The notes beneath the pieces were generated by a model. That model was not told the origin of the DNA. It did not search any database and saw only the letters and a program-made list of their open reading frames with translations. From Bacteroidota bacterium (lineage in GTDB: Bacteria > Bacteroidota > Bacteroidia > Bacteroidales > B18-G4): a DNA stretch of 64,000 bases. Below, piece after piece: positions 10,040-19,528 of the stretch. The stretch's first letter is position 1; the number at the start of each line of letters is the position of its first letter. A program made the position numbers and the translations under genes. The DNA is taken from positions 38,380-102,379 of the forward strand of contig JAHJRE010000139.1 of assembly GCA_018831055.1 (NCBI GenBank), given 5' to 3'.

Positions 10040-11035
10040 TTAAAATGGTTTGAATCCTATGATTTCCCTTACTTCCTTAATGGTCTTTGATGCGCTTATC
10101 CTGGCTTTTTCGCTCCCTTCCCGGGTTACTTTATGAAGATAATCCCTGTCTGCTATTATCTCCTTGATGCGTTCCCGGATGGGTTCAGTAAACCGGATCA
10201 TATCTTCAGCCAGTTGTTTTTTCAGGTCACCGTAACGAATGGTGCAGGCATTGTACATCTCATCGAAATGGGTTATGGTTTCCGGTTTTGAAACAACCTC
10301 CATGAGAGTGAACAGGTTTTGTATCACTTCAGGCTTTTCCTGGTTCATTTGTTGCGGACCTGCATCTGTAACGGCACGCATTACTTTTTTCCTGATGACT
10401 TCGGGTTCGTCAAAGAGGAATACGGCATTGCCCTCGCCTTCGGATTTACCCATTTTTCCCGTACCATCAAGTCCGGGGATCTTTACCAGGGCTTTGCCAA
10501 AGTTATAAGCTTCCGGGATAGGGAAATATTCCACATTGTACATCCGGTTGAACCTTCTTGCAAAAGTCCGCATCATCTCCAGATTTTGCTCCTGGTCTTT
10601 GCCAACCGGGACTTTGGCTGCCTTGTGTATGATAACATCAGCAGCCATCAGGGTCGGATAGGTGAGGAGGCCTGCATTCACGTTGTCGGGTTGCTTCCTG
10701 ACTTTTTCCTTAAAAGAAGTACAGCGTTCCAGCTCTCCGACATATGCATTCATATTCAGAAGTAAATACAGTTCCGTGACTTCTTGCAGATCACTTTGAA
10801 TGTAAATGGTAGCTTTTTCAGGATCCAGACCGCAAGCCAGATATTCTGCCAGCACCTGCCTGACATTGCCATGCAAGTCGGCCGGTGTCGGATGTGTGGT
10901 GAGTGAATGATAGTCGGCAATGAAGAAAAAACAATTGTTTTCTTCCTGCATCCTGATAAAATTCTTGATAGCACCAAAATAATTGCCAAGGTGCAGGTTG
11001 CCCGTAGGCCTGATTCCGCTTACTACTGTTTCCAT
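10040..11035 (-). CDS. trpS: Tryptophan--tRNA ligase
   Basis: Class I signatures are present: the HIGH-type motif GNLHLGNYFG and the KMSKS-type motif KMGKS. At 331 aa, the size fits TrpRS. Confidence 0.9.
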   Translation of the reverse strand: METVVSGIRPTGNLHLGNYFGAIKNFIRMQEENNCFFFIADYHSLTTHPTPADLHGNVRQVLAEYLACGLDPEKATIYIQSDLQEVTELYLLLNMNAYVGELERCTSFKEKVRKQPDNVNAGLLTYPTLMAADVIIHKAAKVPVGKDQEQNLEMMRTFARRFNRMYNVEYFPIPEAYNFGKALVKIPGLDGTGKMGKSEGEGNAVFLFDEPEVIRKKVMRAVTDAGPQQMNQEKPEVIQNLFTLMEVVSKPETITHFDEMYNACTIRYGDLKKQLAEDMIRFTEPIRERIKEIIADRDYLHKVTREGSEKARISASKTIKEVREIIGFKPF

Positions 11036-11105
11036 GCCGCGAAAATAACAATATTTGTGAAATCCGTTGCAAACTCAAAGGGTAGTGAAAATACCCGGTT
11101 TGATC

Positions 11106-12656
11106 TTACATTTTCAACTCGTCGTTGTTACGGTTATAAAACCGGTATTCCAGGAAATGGTAATTATTATTAGGTTGTATATGGATCCACTTCCTGAATT
11201 TGAAATACCAGCGCAGACGCATTGAGATCATTCCTTTCGTGAGAAAAGCATACAGGTAAGGATGCATGACGATTTTAATATAGTCCTCGTTTTGCTCCTT
11301 CAAAAGATACAGGATATTATTTTCAATCTCATCGGTAAGAATGATGCTTGGTTTGATTTTTCCGGTGCCTTCGCAAACAGGGCATTGTTCCAGGATTTCC
11401 ACACTCATCTCGGGTCTGACTCGCTGCCGGGTTATCTGAACCAGTCCGAACTTGCTGGGAGGCAATATCGTATGCTTGGCCCGGTCTTTGGCCATTTCAT
11501 CCTTTAATTTCTGATAGAGTGTACGCCGGTTCTTACCTTCAATCATATCGATGAAATCGATCACAATGATCCCACCCATATCCCTAAGCCTTAATTGACG
11601 AGCTATCTCTTCGGCTGCTTCCATGTTTACCTGCAGAGCATTGTTTTCCTGGGAAATCTCTTTATTCACCCTGTGACCGGAGTTGACATCGATAACATGA
11701 AGAGCCTCAGTGTGTTCAATTATAAGGTAAACACCACTTTTGATGGTGACTGTTTTTCCAAATGAGCTCTTGATTTGCTTGTCGATACCGAAGTGTTCGA
11801 AGACCGGGGCTTTTCCTTTGTAAAGCTTAACTATTTCCGTTTTTTCCGGGGCGATCCTGCTGATGAACGATTTGATCTCTTCAAAGAGCACAGGTTCATT
11901 TACAACGATGGAGTTGAAAGTGTCGTTCAGTATGTCACGCAGTAAAGCCGTGGTACGATCGAGTTCGCTGGCAACCTTTTGGGGCGGTTTGGCATTCTGA
12001 AGTTTGGTAAGGGCTGAATCCCAGCGGTTTATCAGGTTCCGCATGTCGGCGTCCAATTCTGCAACTTTTTTATTCTCAGCCACAGTCCGGATAATAACCC
12101 CGAAATTATTCGGCTTTATGCTCTGAATAAGCCTTTTAAGGCGATTCCTTTCTTCCGGGCTCTTGATTTTTTGAGAAATGGAAATACGGTTGGAAAAAGG
12201 GACCAGGATGATGTACCGACCGGCAAACGAAAGCTCAGAAGATAGCCTGGGACCTTTGGTAGAGATAGGCTCCTTAACTACCTGAACCAAAATAGGTTGA
12301 TTGGACTTAAGAACCTGGGTGATTTTGCCGGTTTTCTCAATGTCTTTTTCCAGATTGAATGTACTCAGACCGGGAGGAGTGGGTTTACCGGATGTGGCGA
12401 CCTTGGCAAATTTATTCAGAGACCTGACTTGCGGCCCCAGGTCCAGATAATGCAAAAAAGCATCCCGTTCGTATCCTACATCAATGAAAGCAGCATTTAG
12501 CCCGGGCATGATCTTTTTTACCCGACCAAGAAAAATGTCTCCTACGGAGTAATCATTTTTGTAATTTTCTTTCTGTAATTCAACGAGGGTTTTTTCTTCC
12601 AATAGAGCCATATTGACCTCATTGGGCCCGGCGTCGATAATAAGTTCCTTGTTCAC
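11106..12656 (-). CDS. rng: Ribonuclease G/E family (Rne/Rng)
   Basis: An N-terminal S1 domain (GDIFLGRVKKIMPGLNAAFIDVG) is followed by the RNase E/G catalytic core. The start appears to be GTG. Confidence 0.85.
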   Translation of the reverse strand: MNKELIIDAGPNEVNMALLEEKTLVELQKENYKNDYSVGDIFLGRVKKIMPGLNAAFIDVGYERDAFLHYLDLGPQVRSLNKFAKVATSGKPTPPGLSTFNLEKDIEKTGKITQVLKSNQPILVQVVKEPISTKGPRLSSELSFAGRYIILVPFSNRISISQKIKSPEERNRLKRLIQSIKPNNFGVIIRTVAENKKVAELDADMRNLINRWDSALTKLQNAKPPQKVASELDRTTALLRDILNDTFNSIVVNEPVLFEEIKSFISRIAPEKTEIVKLYKGKAPVFEHFGIDKQIKSSFGKTVTIKSGVYLIIEHTEALHVIDVNSGHRVNKEISQENNALQVNMEAAEEIARQLRLRDMGGIIVIDFIDMIEGKNRRTLYQKLKDEMAKDRAKHTILPPSKFGLVQITRQRVRPEMSVEILEQCPVCEGTGKIKPSIILTDEIENNILYLLKEQNEDYIKIVMHPYLYAFLTKGMISMRLRWYFKFRKWIHIQPNNNYHFLEYRFYNRNNDELKM

Positions 12657-12759
12657 GTTTTGTTAAATTTCAACATATACAAAAGCGAAACCAGGACCGT
12701 CAAATGGAATTGTCATTTCATGGACAGTGTTGCTGAAAGAAGGGATAGAATAATAATTA

Positions 12760-12785
12760 CGCAATACTGTTCGAGCAGTATTGCG
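12760..12785 (-). terminator. Hairpin terminator candidate after the bS22-like micro-gene
   Basis: A perfect 10-bp stem, cgcaatactg / cagtattgcg, with a 6-nt loop lies 10 nt downstream (minus sense) of the stop at 12795. Confidence 0.5.
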
Positions 12786-12794
12786 AAATTATCT

Positions 12795-12884
12795 TTATTT
12801 CTTCTTGTGTCTGTTTTTTCTCAGGCGTTTTTTCCGCTTGTGCGTCGCCATCTTGTGTCTTTTCCTTTTCTTACCGCTAGGCAT
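12795..12884 (-). CDS. 29-aa highly basic micro-protein, bS22-like (AURKAIP1/COX24-type) candidate ribosomal protein
   Basis: This is not in the ORF track because it is shorter than 60 aa. The reverse strand reads ATG...TAA = MPSGKKRKRHKMATHKRKKRLRKNRHKKK. It sits 22 bp downstream of hup and is followed by a perfect hairpin. Confidence 0.6.
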   Translation of the reverse strand: MPSGKKRKRHKMATHKRKKRLRKNRHKKK

Positions 12885-12906
12885 ACTTCAAAGTATTAAA
12901 ATGTAA

Positions 12907-13191
12907 TTACTTAACACTTTTTTTAACGTCGTTAATGAACGTTTTTGCAGGTTTAAAAGCCGGAATATTGTGAGCAGGAATGATGATTGTTGTGTTCTTT
13001 GAAATGTTCCTACCGGTTTTTTGAGCCCTTTGCTTGATTGTGAAACTTCCGAATCCCCTGAGGTATACATTTTCCCCGTTGATAAGAGATCCTTTGACTG
13101 TGTCCATGAAAGCCTCAACCGTTGCCTGTACTGCAACTTTTTCGATTCCTGTTTTGTTAGCTATTTCTGCTACAATTTCTGCTTTTGTCAT
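12907..13191 (-). CDS. hup: HU family DNA-binding protein
   Basis: 94 aa. MTKAEIVAEIANKTGIEK...GFGSFTIKQRAQKTGRN is a typical HU/IHF fold sequence. Confidence 0.9.
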   Translation of the reverse strand: MTKAEIVAEIANKTGIEKVAVQATVEAFMDTVKGSLINGENVYLRGFGSFTIKQRAQKTGRNISKNTTIIIPAHNIPAFKPAKTFINDVKKSVK

Positions 13192-13240
13192 GATTAATAT
13201 TTTTTTAATTGATACAATTAAGTTTCAGCTTGATGGGCTG

Positions 13241-13248
13241 CAAAGATA
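13241..13248 (-). promoter_or_regulatory. Bacteroidota -7 promoter box (TAnnTTTG on minus strand)
   Basis: CAAAGATA on the plus strand reads TATCTTTG on the minus strand, 50 bp upstream of the hup start at 13191. Confidence 0.4.
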
Positions 13249-13327
13249 TAAATTTTTTATTTCCCAAATGTTTTGTCCGTTTTTTTTTCTGTTTGTAATA
13301 ATCTCATAATAAAATTGTTTACGTCGT

Positions 13328-14443
13328 ATGGAATTTTCACACTCTCTTATATCATGGTATAACCGTTCGAAAAGGGATCTGCCGTGGAGAACCACCAACG
13401 ACCCATACAGGATCTGGGTTTCGGAGATCATTTTGCAACAGACAAGGGTGCAGCAAGGTCTTTCTTATTACAATCGGTTTATTGAAAAATTTCCTGATAT
13501 ACAAACTCTTGCCGGAGCTGATGAGAATGAAGTCCTTAAAGTTTGGGAAGGGTTGGGCTATTATTCCCGTGCCCGGAATATGCTGATTGCCGCCCGTCAG
13601 ATTTCCAGCGGGCATGGTGGCCTGTTTCCTTCTACATATGATGATTTGCTGACACTCAGTGGTATTGGCGATTACACTGCAGCTGCAATTACTTCTATTG
13701 CCTATGGATTACCCTACCCTGTGATCGATGGCAATGTGAAAAGGGTCGTGAGCCGTTTGCTTGGGATACGAGGCCGGTTGGACATGCAGGAGAACCGAAA
13801 AATATTATCTGTTTTCCTTCAGGAAAATATTGATAAAGAGGATCCCGGAACATTCAATCAGGCAGTGATGGAACTGGGTGCTCTCGTGTGCAAACCCTCG
13901 TTGCCTGATTGCGGCCTTTGTCCGCTTTCCGTTTCCTGTGTGGCTTATAAATCCGGACTAACCCATCTTATTCCTTTCAGGAAGGAACAGACTGTAAAAG
14001 TGGAACTTTACCGGGATTATTTTGTGATTTTGTCGGGAGTTGAAGATGACCGGCAATTACTTATCTCCAGGAGTTCAGGTTCCGGAATATGGAAGGGCCT
14101 TTTTGGGTTCCCATACCGGGAAAGTTCCGGTAGTTTCCCGGATGCCGGTGAATTGAAGCATTTTTTATTGAGCCTTTTGCCTCTCCGGAAAGTCAGGCAT
14201 GTGTCAATTGCAGATAATGCTTACCGTCATGTGTTATCCCACCGAATAATTCATGCCCGGTTTCATTTCATCGAGGCTACAGGATTGAATGCTGACCCGG
14301 AAACAGCCTATCCGGTTCACTTAAACTCAATACACCAATACCCTTTTCCAAGACTTCTGAAACGCTTTATGGAAGAGCATCCTGAAATGTTTGTTAAAAA
14401 AATTGCTTCGGAACGGGGGACAAAATCGGATTTCAGGGACTAA
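13328..14443 (+). CDS. mutY: A/G-specific adenine DNA glycosylase
   Basis: It has an HhH-GPD glycosylase core and a [4Fe-4S] cluster loop C-x6-C-x2-C-x5-C (CKPSLPDCGLCPLSVSC). A C-terminal NUDIX-like domain follows. Confidence 0.9.
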   Translation: MEFSHSLISWYNRSKRDLPWRTTNDPYRIWVSEIILQQTRVQQGLSYYNRFIEKFPDIQTLAGADENEVLKVWEGLGYYSRARNMLIAARQISSGHGGLFPSTYDDLLTLSGIGDYTAAAITSIAYGLPYPVIDGNVKRVVSRLLGIRGRLDMQENRKILSVFLQENIDKEDPGTFNQAVMELGALVCKPSLPDCGLCPLSVSCVAYKSGLTHLIPFRKEQTVKVELYRDYFVILSGVEDDRQLLISRSSGSGIWKGLFGFPYRESSGSFPDAGELKHFLLSLLPLRKVRHVSIADNAYRHVLSHRIIHARFHFIEATGLNADPETAYPVHLNSIHQYPFPRLLKRFMEEHPEMFVKKIASERGTKSDFRD

Positions 14444-14478
14444 TGGTAAACGGACAATGGAAACGATGTTTTATTGTC

Positions 14479-14486
14479 TATTTTTG
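14479..14486 (+). promoter_or_regulatory. Bacteroidota -7 promoter box (TAnnTTTG)
   Basis: TATTTTTG lies 36 bp upstream of the ssb ATG at 14522. Confidence 0.4.
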
Positions 14487-14521
14487 TAAATTATTGGTTG
14501 AACTTTAAAATCTGATGTTTT

Positions 14522-14944
14522 ATGGCTGGAGTAAACAAAGTAATCCTGGTCGGGAATCTTGGTAAGGATCCGGAAATCAGGAGCCTGGAAGGCGGGGCAA
14601 AGGTTGCAAATTTCACCCTTGCAACCAACGAAAACTACAAAAACAAAAATGGTGACAAGGTGGAACATACCGAATGGCATAATATTGTCCTTTGGCGCGG
14701 CCTTGCAGATATTGCCGATACATACCTGAAAAAAGGGAATCAGGTATATATTGAGGGACGTCTCAGGACCAGGGCCTGGGATGATAAAGATGGTAACAAA
14801 CGTTATACGACTGAAGTCTATGCTGATAACATGGTTATGCTCGGAGGTCGTCAGAATGCTTCTACCTCTTCGCCTGAAATGAAGGAGAGCCCGGTTATAA
14901 CCGATATCCCGGAACCCTCTAAGGATGATGATCTTCCCTTTTAA
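14522..14944 (+). CDS. ssb: Single-stranded DNA-binding protein
   Basis: An OB-fold N-terminus (MAGVNKVILVGNLGKDPE...) and the acidic C-terminal tip DDDLPF are both present. Confidence 0.9.
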   Translation: MAGVNKVILVGNLGKDPEIRSLEGGAKVANFTLATNENYKNKNGDKVEHTEWHNIVLWRGLADIADTYLKKGNQVYIEGRLRTRAWDDKDGNKRYTTEVYADNMVMLGGRQNASTSSPEMKESPVITDIPEPSKDDDLPF

Positions 14945-15009
14945 TCAGTTTTGCGTTATTTCAAAAAAATCCCGGTCCATCCTGCATCCGATAGATACCG
15001 GTCAGTGGG

Positions 15010-16407
15010 ATGGTCCGGCCTTTTGGATATTTTTATAACTTTGCATCCGAAACTTTAAATATTCATTCCTTGGAAGATACTGATAGTACTTCACTAATTA
15101 TTGGCCAGGGATGGATCATGGCTGAAACAATGATGAATCCGTTTACCATGTCCATTTTCTGGGGATTATTTGCCATAGCATTTTTACTCCTTCTCTCAGC
15201 CTTTATCTCTGGCTCGGAAATTGCATTTTTTGCTCTGAATCATTCTCAGATCAAGGATGTTCGGGAAAACCGAAATCCTGGCAATCTTCGTATTATCACT
15301 TTACTGGAAAGGCCTAAACGATTACTGGCAACTATCCTGATAGCAAATAACCTGATCAATGTATCCATCGTGATCCTTGCGGTTTTTATTTTCAGGATAT
15401 GGTCGAATTTTTCTCCTCCGTTGGAGTTTATTATCCTGGCTGTTGCTGTAACAATTCTGATCCTGGTCTTTGGAGAAATTGTACCCAAGATGTATGCCGC
15501 CAAACATAGTATCAGATTTGTCCGGTTCATGACTCCTGCCATGGCTGTACTTATAAGATTGTTTTATCCCCTTAGCTCCATCCTGGTGAGATCGACAACA
15601 CTGATCGACAGACGCCTGGCTGGGAAAAAACCGGGTTTCTCTATCAGCGACCTCTCTGATGCCATTGATATTACTGCCGGAGCTTCAACCCAGGAAGAAG
15701 AGAAAAAAATACTGAAGGGTATCGTTAAATTCGGCGACATTGACGTTAAAGAGATAATGAAATCCAGACTTGATGTTGTTGCTGTTGAAGTGAATACACC
15801 ATTCTCCGAGATGCTTGATACTGTCAGGGAATCAGGATATTCCAGAATACCGGTATACTCAGATTCTTTCGACAATATCGTTGGGATTCTTTATGTGAAA
15901 GATCTATTAGCCCATCTTGATGAAAATCCCGGATTTCAATGGTCGAAACTCATTCGGGAGGTTTTCTTCGTTCCGGAAAACAAAAAGATCAAAGACCTTC
16001 TAAAAGAATTTCAGGAGAAGAAGATACATATGGCTGTCATCGTTGATGAATACGGTGGTACCGCCGGAATTGTCACTCTGGAAGATATAATTGAAGAGAT
16101 TGTTGGTGATATCAGCGATGAATTTGATACCTCAGAAGATGAACCGGATTTTAAGAAAATCGACGACAATAATTATATCTTCGAAGGGAAAACAACCATT
16201 AACGATGTTTGCAAGATCATGGGCATCGATGATGATGTTTTTGATGAGGTGAAAGGAGAAGCAGATTCCCTGGCAGGATTGATCCTGGAACTTGAAGGGA
16301 ATATTCCTCCCAAAGATACTGTGGTTCTATACCGGAATTTTGAGTTTAAAATCCTTGCTTCCGACCACCGCCGAATAAAACGGATAAAGATTATCATCAG
16401 AACATGA
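15010..16407 (+). CDS. gldE: Gliding motility-associated protein GldE (CNNM/CorC-HlyC family with CBS pair)
   Basis: The protein has a DUF21-type TM region, a CBS pair and a CorC/HlyC C-terminal domain, and lies immediately upstream of gldD as in Flavobacterium. The start is ambiguous: ATG 15010, TTG 15070 or ATG 15118. Confidence 0.8.
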   Translation: MVRPFGYFYNFASETLNIHSLEDTDSTSLIIGQGWIMAETMMNPFTMSIFWGLFAIAFLLLLSAFISGSEIAFFALNHSQIKDVRENRNPGNLRIITLLERPKRLLATILIANNLINVSIVILAVFIFRIWSNFSPPLEFIILAVAVTILILVFGEIVPKMYAAKHSIRFVRFMTPAMAVLIRLFYPLSSILVRSTTLIDRRLAGKKPGFSISDLSDAIDITAGASTQEEEKKILKGIVKFGDIDVKEIMKSRLDVVAVEVNTPFSEMLDTVRESGYSRIPVYSDSFDNIVGILYVKDLLAHLDENPGFQWSKLIREVFFVPENKKIKDLLKEFQEKKIHMAVIVDEYGGTAGIVTLEDIIEEIVGDISDEFDTSEDEPDFKKIDDNNYIFEGKTTINDVCKIMGIDDDVFDEVKGEADSLAGLILELEGNIPPKDTVVLYRNFEFKILASDHRRIKRIKIIIRT

Positions 16408-16417
16408 ACCGGAAATA

Positions 16418-17002
16418 ATGAGAAAATTCATCCCTTTATACTTCGTGTTTTTGTTCCTGGCTTCCTGCTCATCCAATGAATTGCCCAAGCCAAGGGGCTA
16501 TTTCAGGATAGAGTTGCCGGAGCACAGTTACAGAGTCCTGGATACTACATTTCCCTATAGCTTTGAATACCCGGCGTATTCCAGCATCATGTCCGACCCC
16601 TATGCACCGGAAGAACCTTACTGGATTGATGTATACTTCGCCCAATTCAAAGCGAAACTACATCTGAGCTACAAGGTTGTCAATGATACCAATCTCATTT
16701 ATTACCTGGAGGATACAAGAAAATTTGTGGTCAAACATATTCCCAAGGCCAATGCCATCGAAGACAGCCTGATTTTCGACAGAGAAAAAAATATTTATGG
16801 CCTTCTTTATGAAATTCATGGAGGTAACGCCGCTTCTCCTGTCCAGTTTTTTGTTACCGACAGCACCCGGCATTTTGTAAGAGGAGCATTGTACTTCAAT
16901 GTAAAACCCAATAATGATTCCCTCCAGCCTGTCATAGATTTCCTCAGGAAAGACATTGATCACCTCATTAGCACATTTCGTTGGAAGAACGGTGCAGAAT
17001 AA
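16418..17002 (+). CDS. gldD: Gliding motility lipoprotein GldD
   Basis: A lipoprotein signal (LFLASCSS) is followed by the PKPRGYFRIELPEH block characteristic of GldD. Synteny with gldE supports the call. Confidence 0.8.
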   Translation: MRKFIPLYFVFLFLASCSSNELPKPRGYFRIELPEHSYRVLDTTFPYSFEYPAYSSIMSDPYAPEEPYWIDVYFAQFKAKLHLSYKVVNDTNLIYYLEDTRKFVVKHIPKANAIEDSLIFDREKNIYGLLYEIHGGNAASPVQFFVTDSTRHFVRGALYFNVKPNNDSLQPVIDFLRKDIDHLISTFRWKNGAE

Positions 17003-17091
17003 GCAACTTAATCATTACATTTGCTGTCTTGACCCCGGTTTTGGTTCATGGAACCAACCTTTAAAAATTGTCAAACTTTAATTATTGTCTA

Positions 17092-19434
17092 ATGAAAAAG
17101 ACTGCCTTGCTTCTATTGCTTTCCTTACAAATCACTTTTCTTCTTGCTCAGTCCGATATCTATTCCAGAGTGGAGATCAGGGCCGGCAAAAGTCAGATAA
17201 TTAATATGCTTAATCAGGGAATAGCACTTGATGATGCTTTCCTGGAGAAGGAAAACCTGATTATTGCCGAACTACCGCAATCTGATTTGCTGAAGCTTTC
17301 ATCTCTTGGTATCGATTATGAGGTTCTTATTTCTGATGTGACGGCATTTTATATCCAACGAAATGAAATGACCGGTGATTATGTGATAGAACGCGGGATA
17401 GGAGAATACCCGGTTCCGGAAGATTTTGAACTGGGTTCCATGGGCGGGTTCTGTACTTACGATGAGATGATTACGCATCTTGATAACATGCATACTAAGT
17501 ATCCTGATCTCATCACCGCAAAACAGGTAGCAGGAACTACCCTGCAAGGACGCGATATATACTGGGTGAGGTTATCCGATAACCCGGATCAGAATGAAGA
17601 TGAGCCGGAAGTATTATATGACGGCCTGCATCATGCCAGGGAAGGGATAGGACTGCAACTCCTGCTGTATTATATGTATTATCTCCTGGAAAACTATGAT
17701 ACCGACGAAGAGGTGCAATACCTTGTGAATAACACGGAAATGTATTTTATCCCGGTTATCAATGCCGATGGCTATGTTTACAATCAGACTACCAATCCAA
17801 ATGGTGGCGGCATGTGGAGGAAAACACGCCGGGATAATGGTGACGGTTCCTATGGGGTTGATCCGAACAGGAACTATGCTTACATGTGGGGATATGATAA
17901 TAATGGCTCTTCTCCCATCCCTTCTGATGAAACATACCGGGGTCCCTATGCTTTTTCTGAACCTTGTATCCAGACTTTAAGAGATTTTACTATTGATAAC
18001 GAGTTCGGGATAGCCATGAACTACCATTCTTATTCCAATCTTTTACTCTATGCATGGGGATATACGGAAGATCCTTGTCCTGATGACGATATATTCTCGG
18101 CCTTCGGACAGATTATGACAAGTGAAAATGGCTATGCTTATGGCGCCGGTAGCACAACCATTTATCCTACCAACGGTGGTTCCGACGACTGGATGTATGG
18201 CGAACAGGGTGAAAAACCGCTGATCTTTGCCTTTACCCCTGAAGTCGGAAACTCCAACGATGGATTCTGGCCTTCGGTCGACAGGATCATTCCCCTTTGC
18301 CAGGAAAACATGTATGCCAACCTGATGGCTGCTCATTTCGTTGGCTACTATGCCAGTGTTGATGAGACATCCCCGGCCATTATCAGTAGTACCGAAGGGA
18401 GTATTAGCTTTACCATAAAAAGACTGGGACTAAAAGACGGAGCTACGTTTTCCGTATATCTGGCCGCTATTTCACCTGAGATTATTTCGACAGGTATGCC
18501 GTTGGTTTTTAATGACCTTGCTATGCTGCAAACCGAAGAAGGTTCTGTTTCCTTTACTCTGGATCCCAATATTCAGAATGGCACACCTCTTTCATTCCTG
18601 TTACAGGTGGATAATGGATTGCATGTTACTTCCGATACCGTAAACAAAGTATTCGGACAAGCCCAGGTACTTTTTGAGGATGATGGCTCCAATATGAGCA
18701 AATGGACCTCTCCTAAATGGAATATCACATACGAAGCCAGTCATTCGGCTCCAACTTCCATCACCGATTCTCCTAATGCTAATTATTTAAGTAACAGCAA
18801 CAGCAGCGTTACCACAAATACTGAAATTGACCTGAGTGATGCAGTTTTTGCCGTTCTGAATTTCTGGGCGAAATGGGAGATTGAAGCAGGATGGGATTAT
18901 GTTCAGGTAAAAGTTTCTGATAATGGAGGAAGTACCTGGACGGCACTGGATGGTATGTATACCAAACCCGGCAACAGTAACCAGGCTCTGGGCCAGCCCT
19001 TATACGACGGGTACCAGACCGATTGGGTAAAAGAAGAAATTGATCTTAGTGATTACCTGGGTGAACAGATAAAAATCAGATTTACAATCCGTTCTGATGG
19101 TTACATTGAAGAAGACGGTTTCTATTTTGATGACCTGACGGTAATGGCAATACCCCAGAACGGAGTGGGTATGCCCGATCCAACCGGTGATAATGATTTG
19201 TATTCCATTCACCCTAATCCCGGAAACGGTATTATTTTCCTGGAAACATCGGAAGATATGAAGGCAGGAACGGAATTTACTGTTTTTAGCCTGACCGGTA
19301 AAACAGTTTACTCTTCAGAAATATTAGGGAGAATTTCCAGGATAGATGTTAGCGGTTGGGAGCCCGGTATTTACTTTGTCCGGATAGAAGGAGCAGCAAT
19401 TCATCCTTTCGTCAGGAAACTAATCGTTTATTAA
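17092..19434 (+). CDS. M14 family zinc carboxypeptidase with T9SS C-terminal sorting domain
   Basis: ORF 17068..19434 opens with TTG; the likely start is ATG 17092 (MKKTALLLLLSLQ). The M14 zinc site context (HHAREGIG) and a later NYHSY block are present. The C-terminal IHPNPGNGIIFLE...GIYFVRIEG is a T9SS CTD. Confidence 0.85.
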   Translation: MKKTALLLLLSLQITFLLAQSDIYSRVEIRAGKSQIINMLNQGIALDDAFLEKENLIIAELPQSDLLKLSSLGIDYEVLISDVTAFYIQRNEMTGDYVIERGIGEYPVPEDFELGSMGGFCTYDEMITHLDNMHTKYPDLITAKQVAGTTLQGRDIYWVRLSDNPDQNEDEPEVLYDGLHHAREGIGLQLLLYYMYYLLENYDTDEEVQYLVNNTEMYFIPVINADGYVYNQTTNPNGGGMWRKTRRDNGDGSYGVDPNRNYAYMWGYDNNGSSPIPSDETYRGPYAFSEPCIQTLRDFTIDNEFGIAMNYHSYSNLLLYAWGYTEDPCPDDDIFSAFGQIMTSENGYAYGAGSTTIYPTNGGSDDWMYGEQGEKPLIFAFTPEVGNSNDGFWPSVDRIIPLCQENMYANLMAAHFVGYYASVDETSPAIISSTEGSISFTIKRLGLKDGATFSVYLAAISPEIISTGMPLVFNDLAMLQTEEGSVSFTLDPNIQNGTPLSFLLQVDNGLHVTSDTVNKVFGQAQVLFEDDGSNMSKWTSPKWNITYEASHSAPTSITDSPNANYLSNSNSSVTTNTEIDLSDAVFAVLNFWAKWEIEAGWDYVQVKVSDNGGSTWTALDGMYTKPGNSNQALGQPLYDGYQTDWVKEEIDLSDYLGEQIKIRFTIRSDGYIEEDGFYFDDLTVMAIPQNGVGMPDPTGDNDLYSIHPNPGNGIIFLETSEDMKAGTEFTVFSLTGKTVYSSEILGRISRIDVSGWEPGIYFVRIEGAAIHPFVRKLIVY

Positions 19435-19456
19435 AGCCAACCTGTTGGTTTTTTTC

Positions 19457-19464
19457 TATCTTTG
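19457..19464 (+). promoter_or_regulatory. Bacteroidota -7 promoter box (TAnnTTTG)
   Basis: TATCTTTG lies 65 bp upstream of the corA ATG at 19529, just after a short hairpin and T-run that follow the M14 gene. Confidence 0.4.
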
Positions 19465-19528
19465 CAACTTTAAACGATAAGCCGATGTAGAAACCCAGGA
19501 AATTTTCCGCAAAACAAGGGGAGGTCAT

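Noticed and set aside
17041-17057. Palindrome TTGGTTC-ATG-GAACCAA between gldD and the M14 peptidase gene, considered as an operator
   Set aside because: It is a single copy about 40 bp after the gldD stop with a short T stretch following, so it is most simply a gldD terminator hairpin. A TACATTTG box lies upstream of it at 17016-23, so I did not call that box a promoter.
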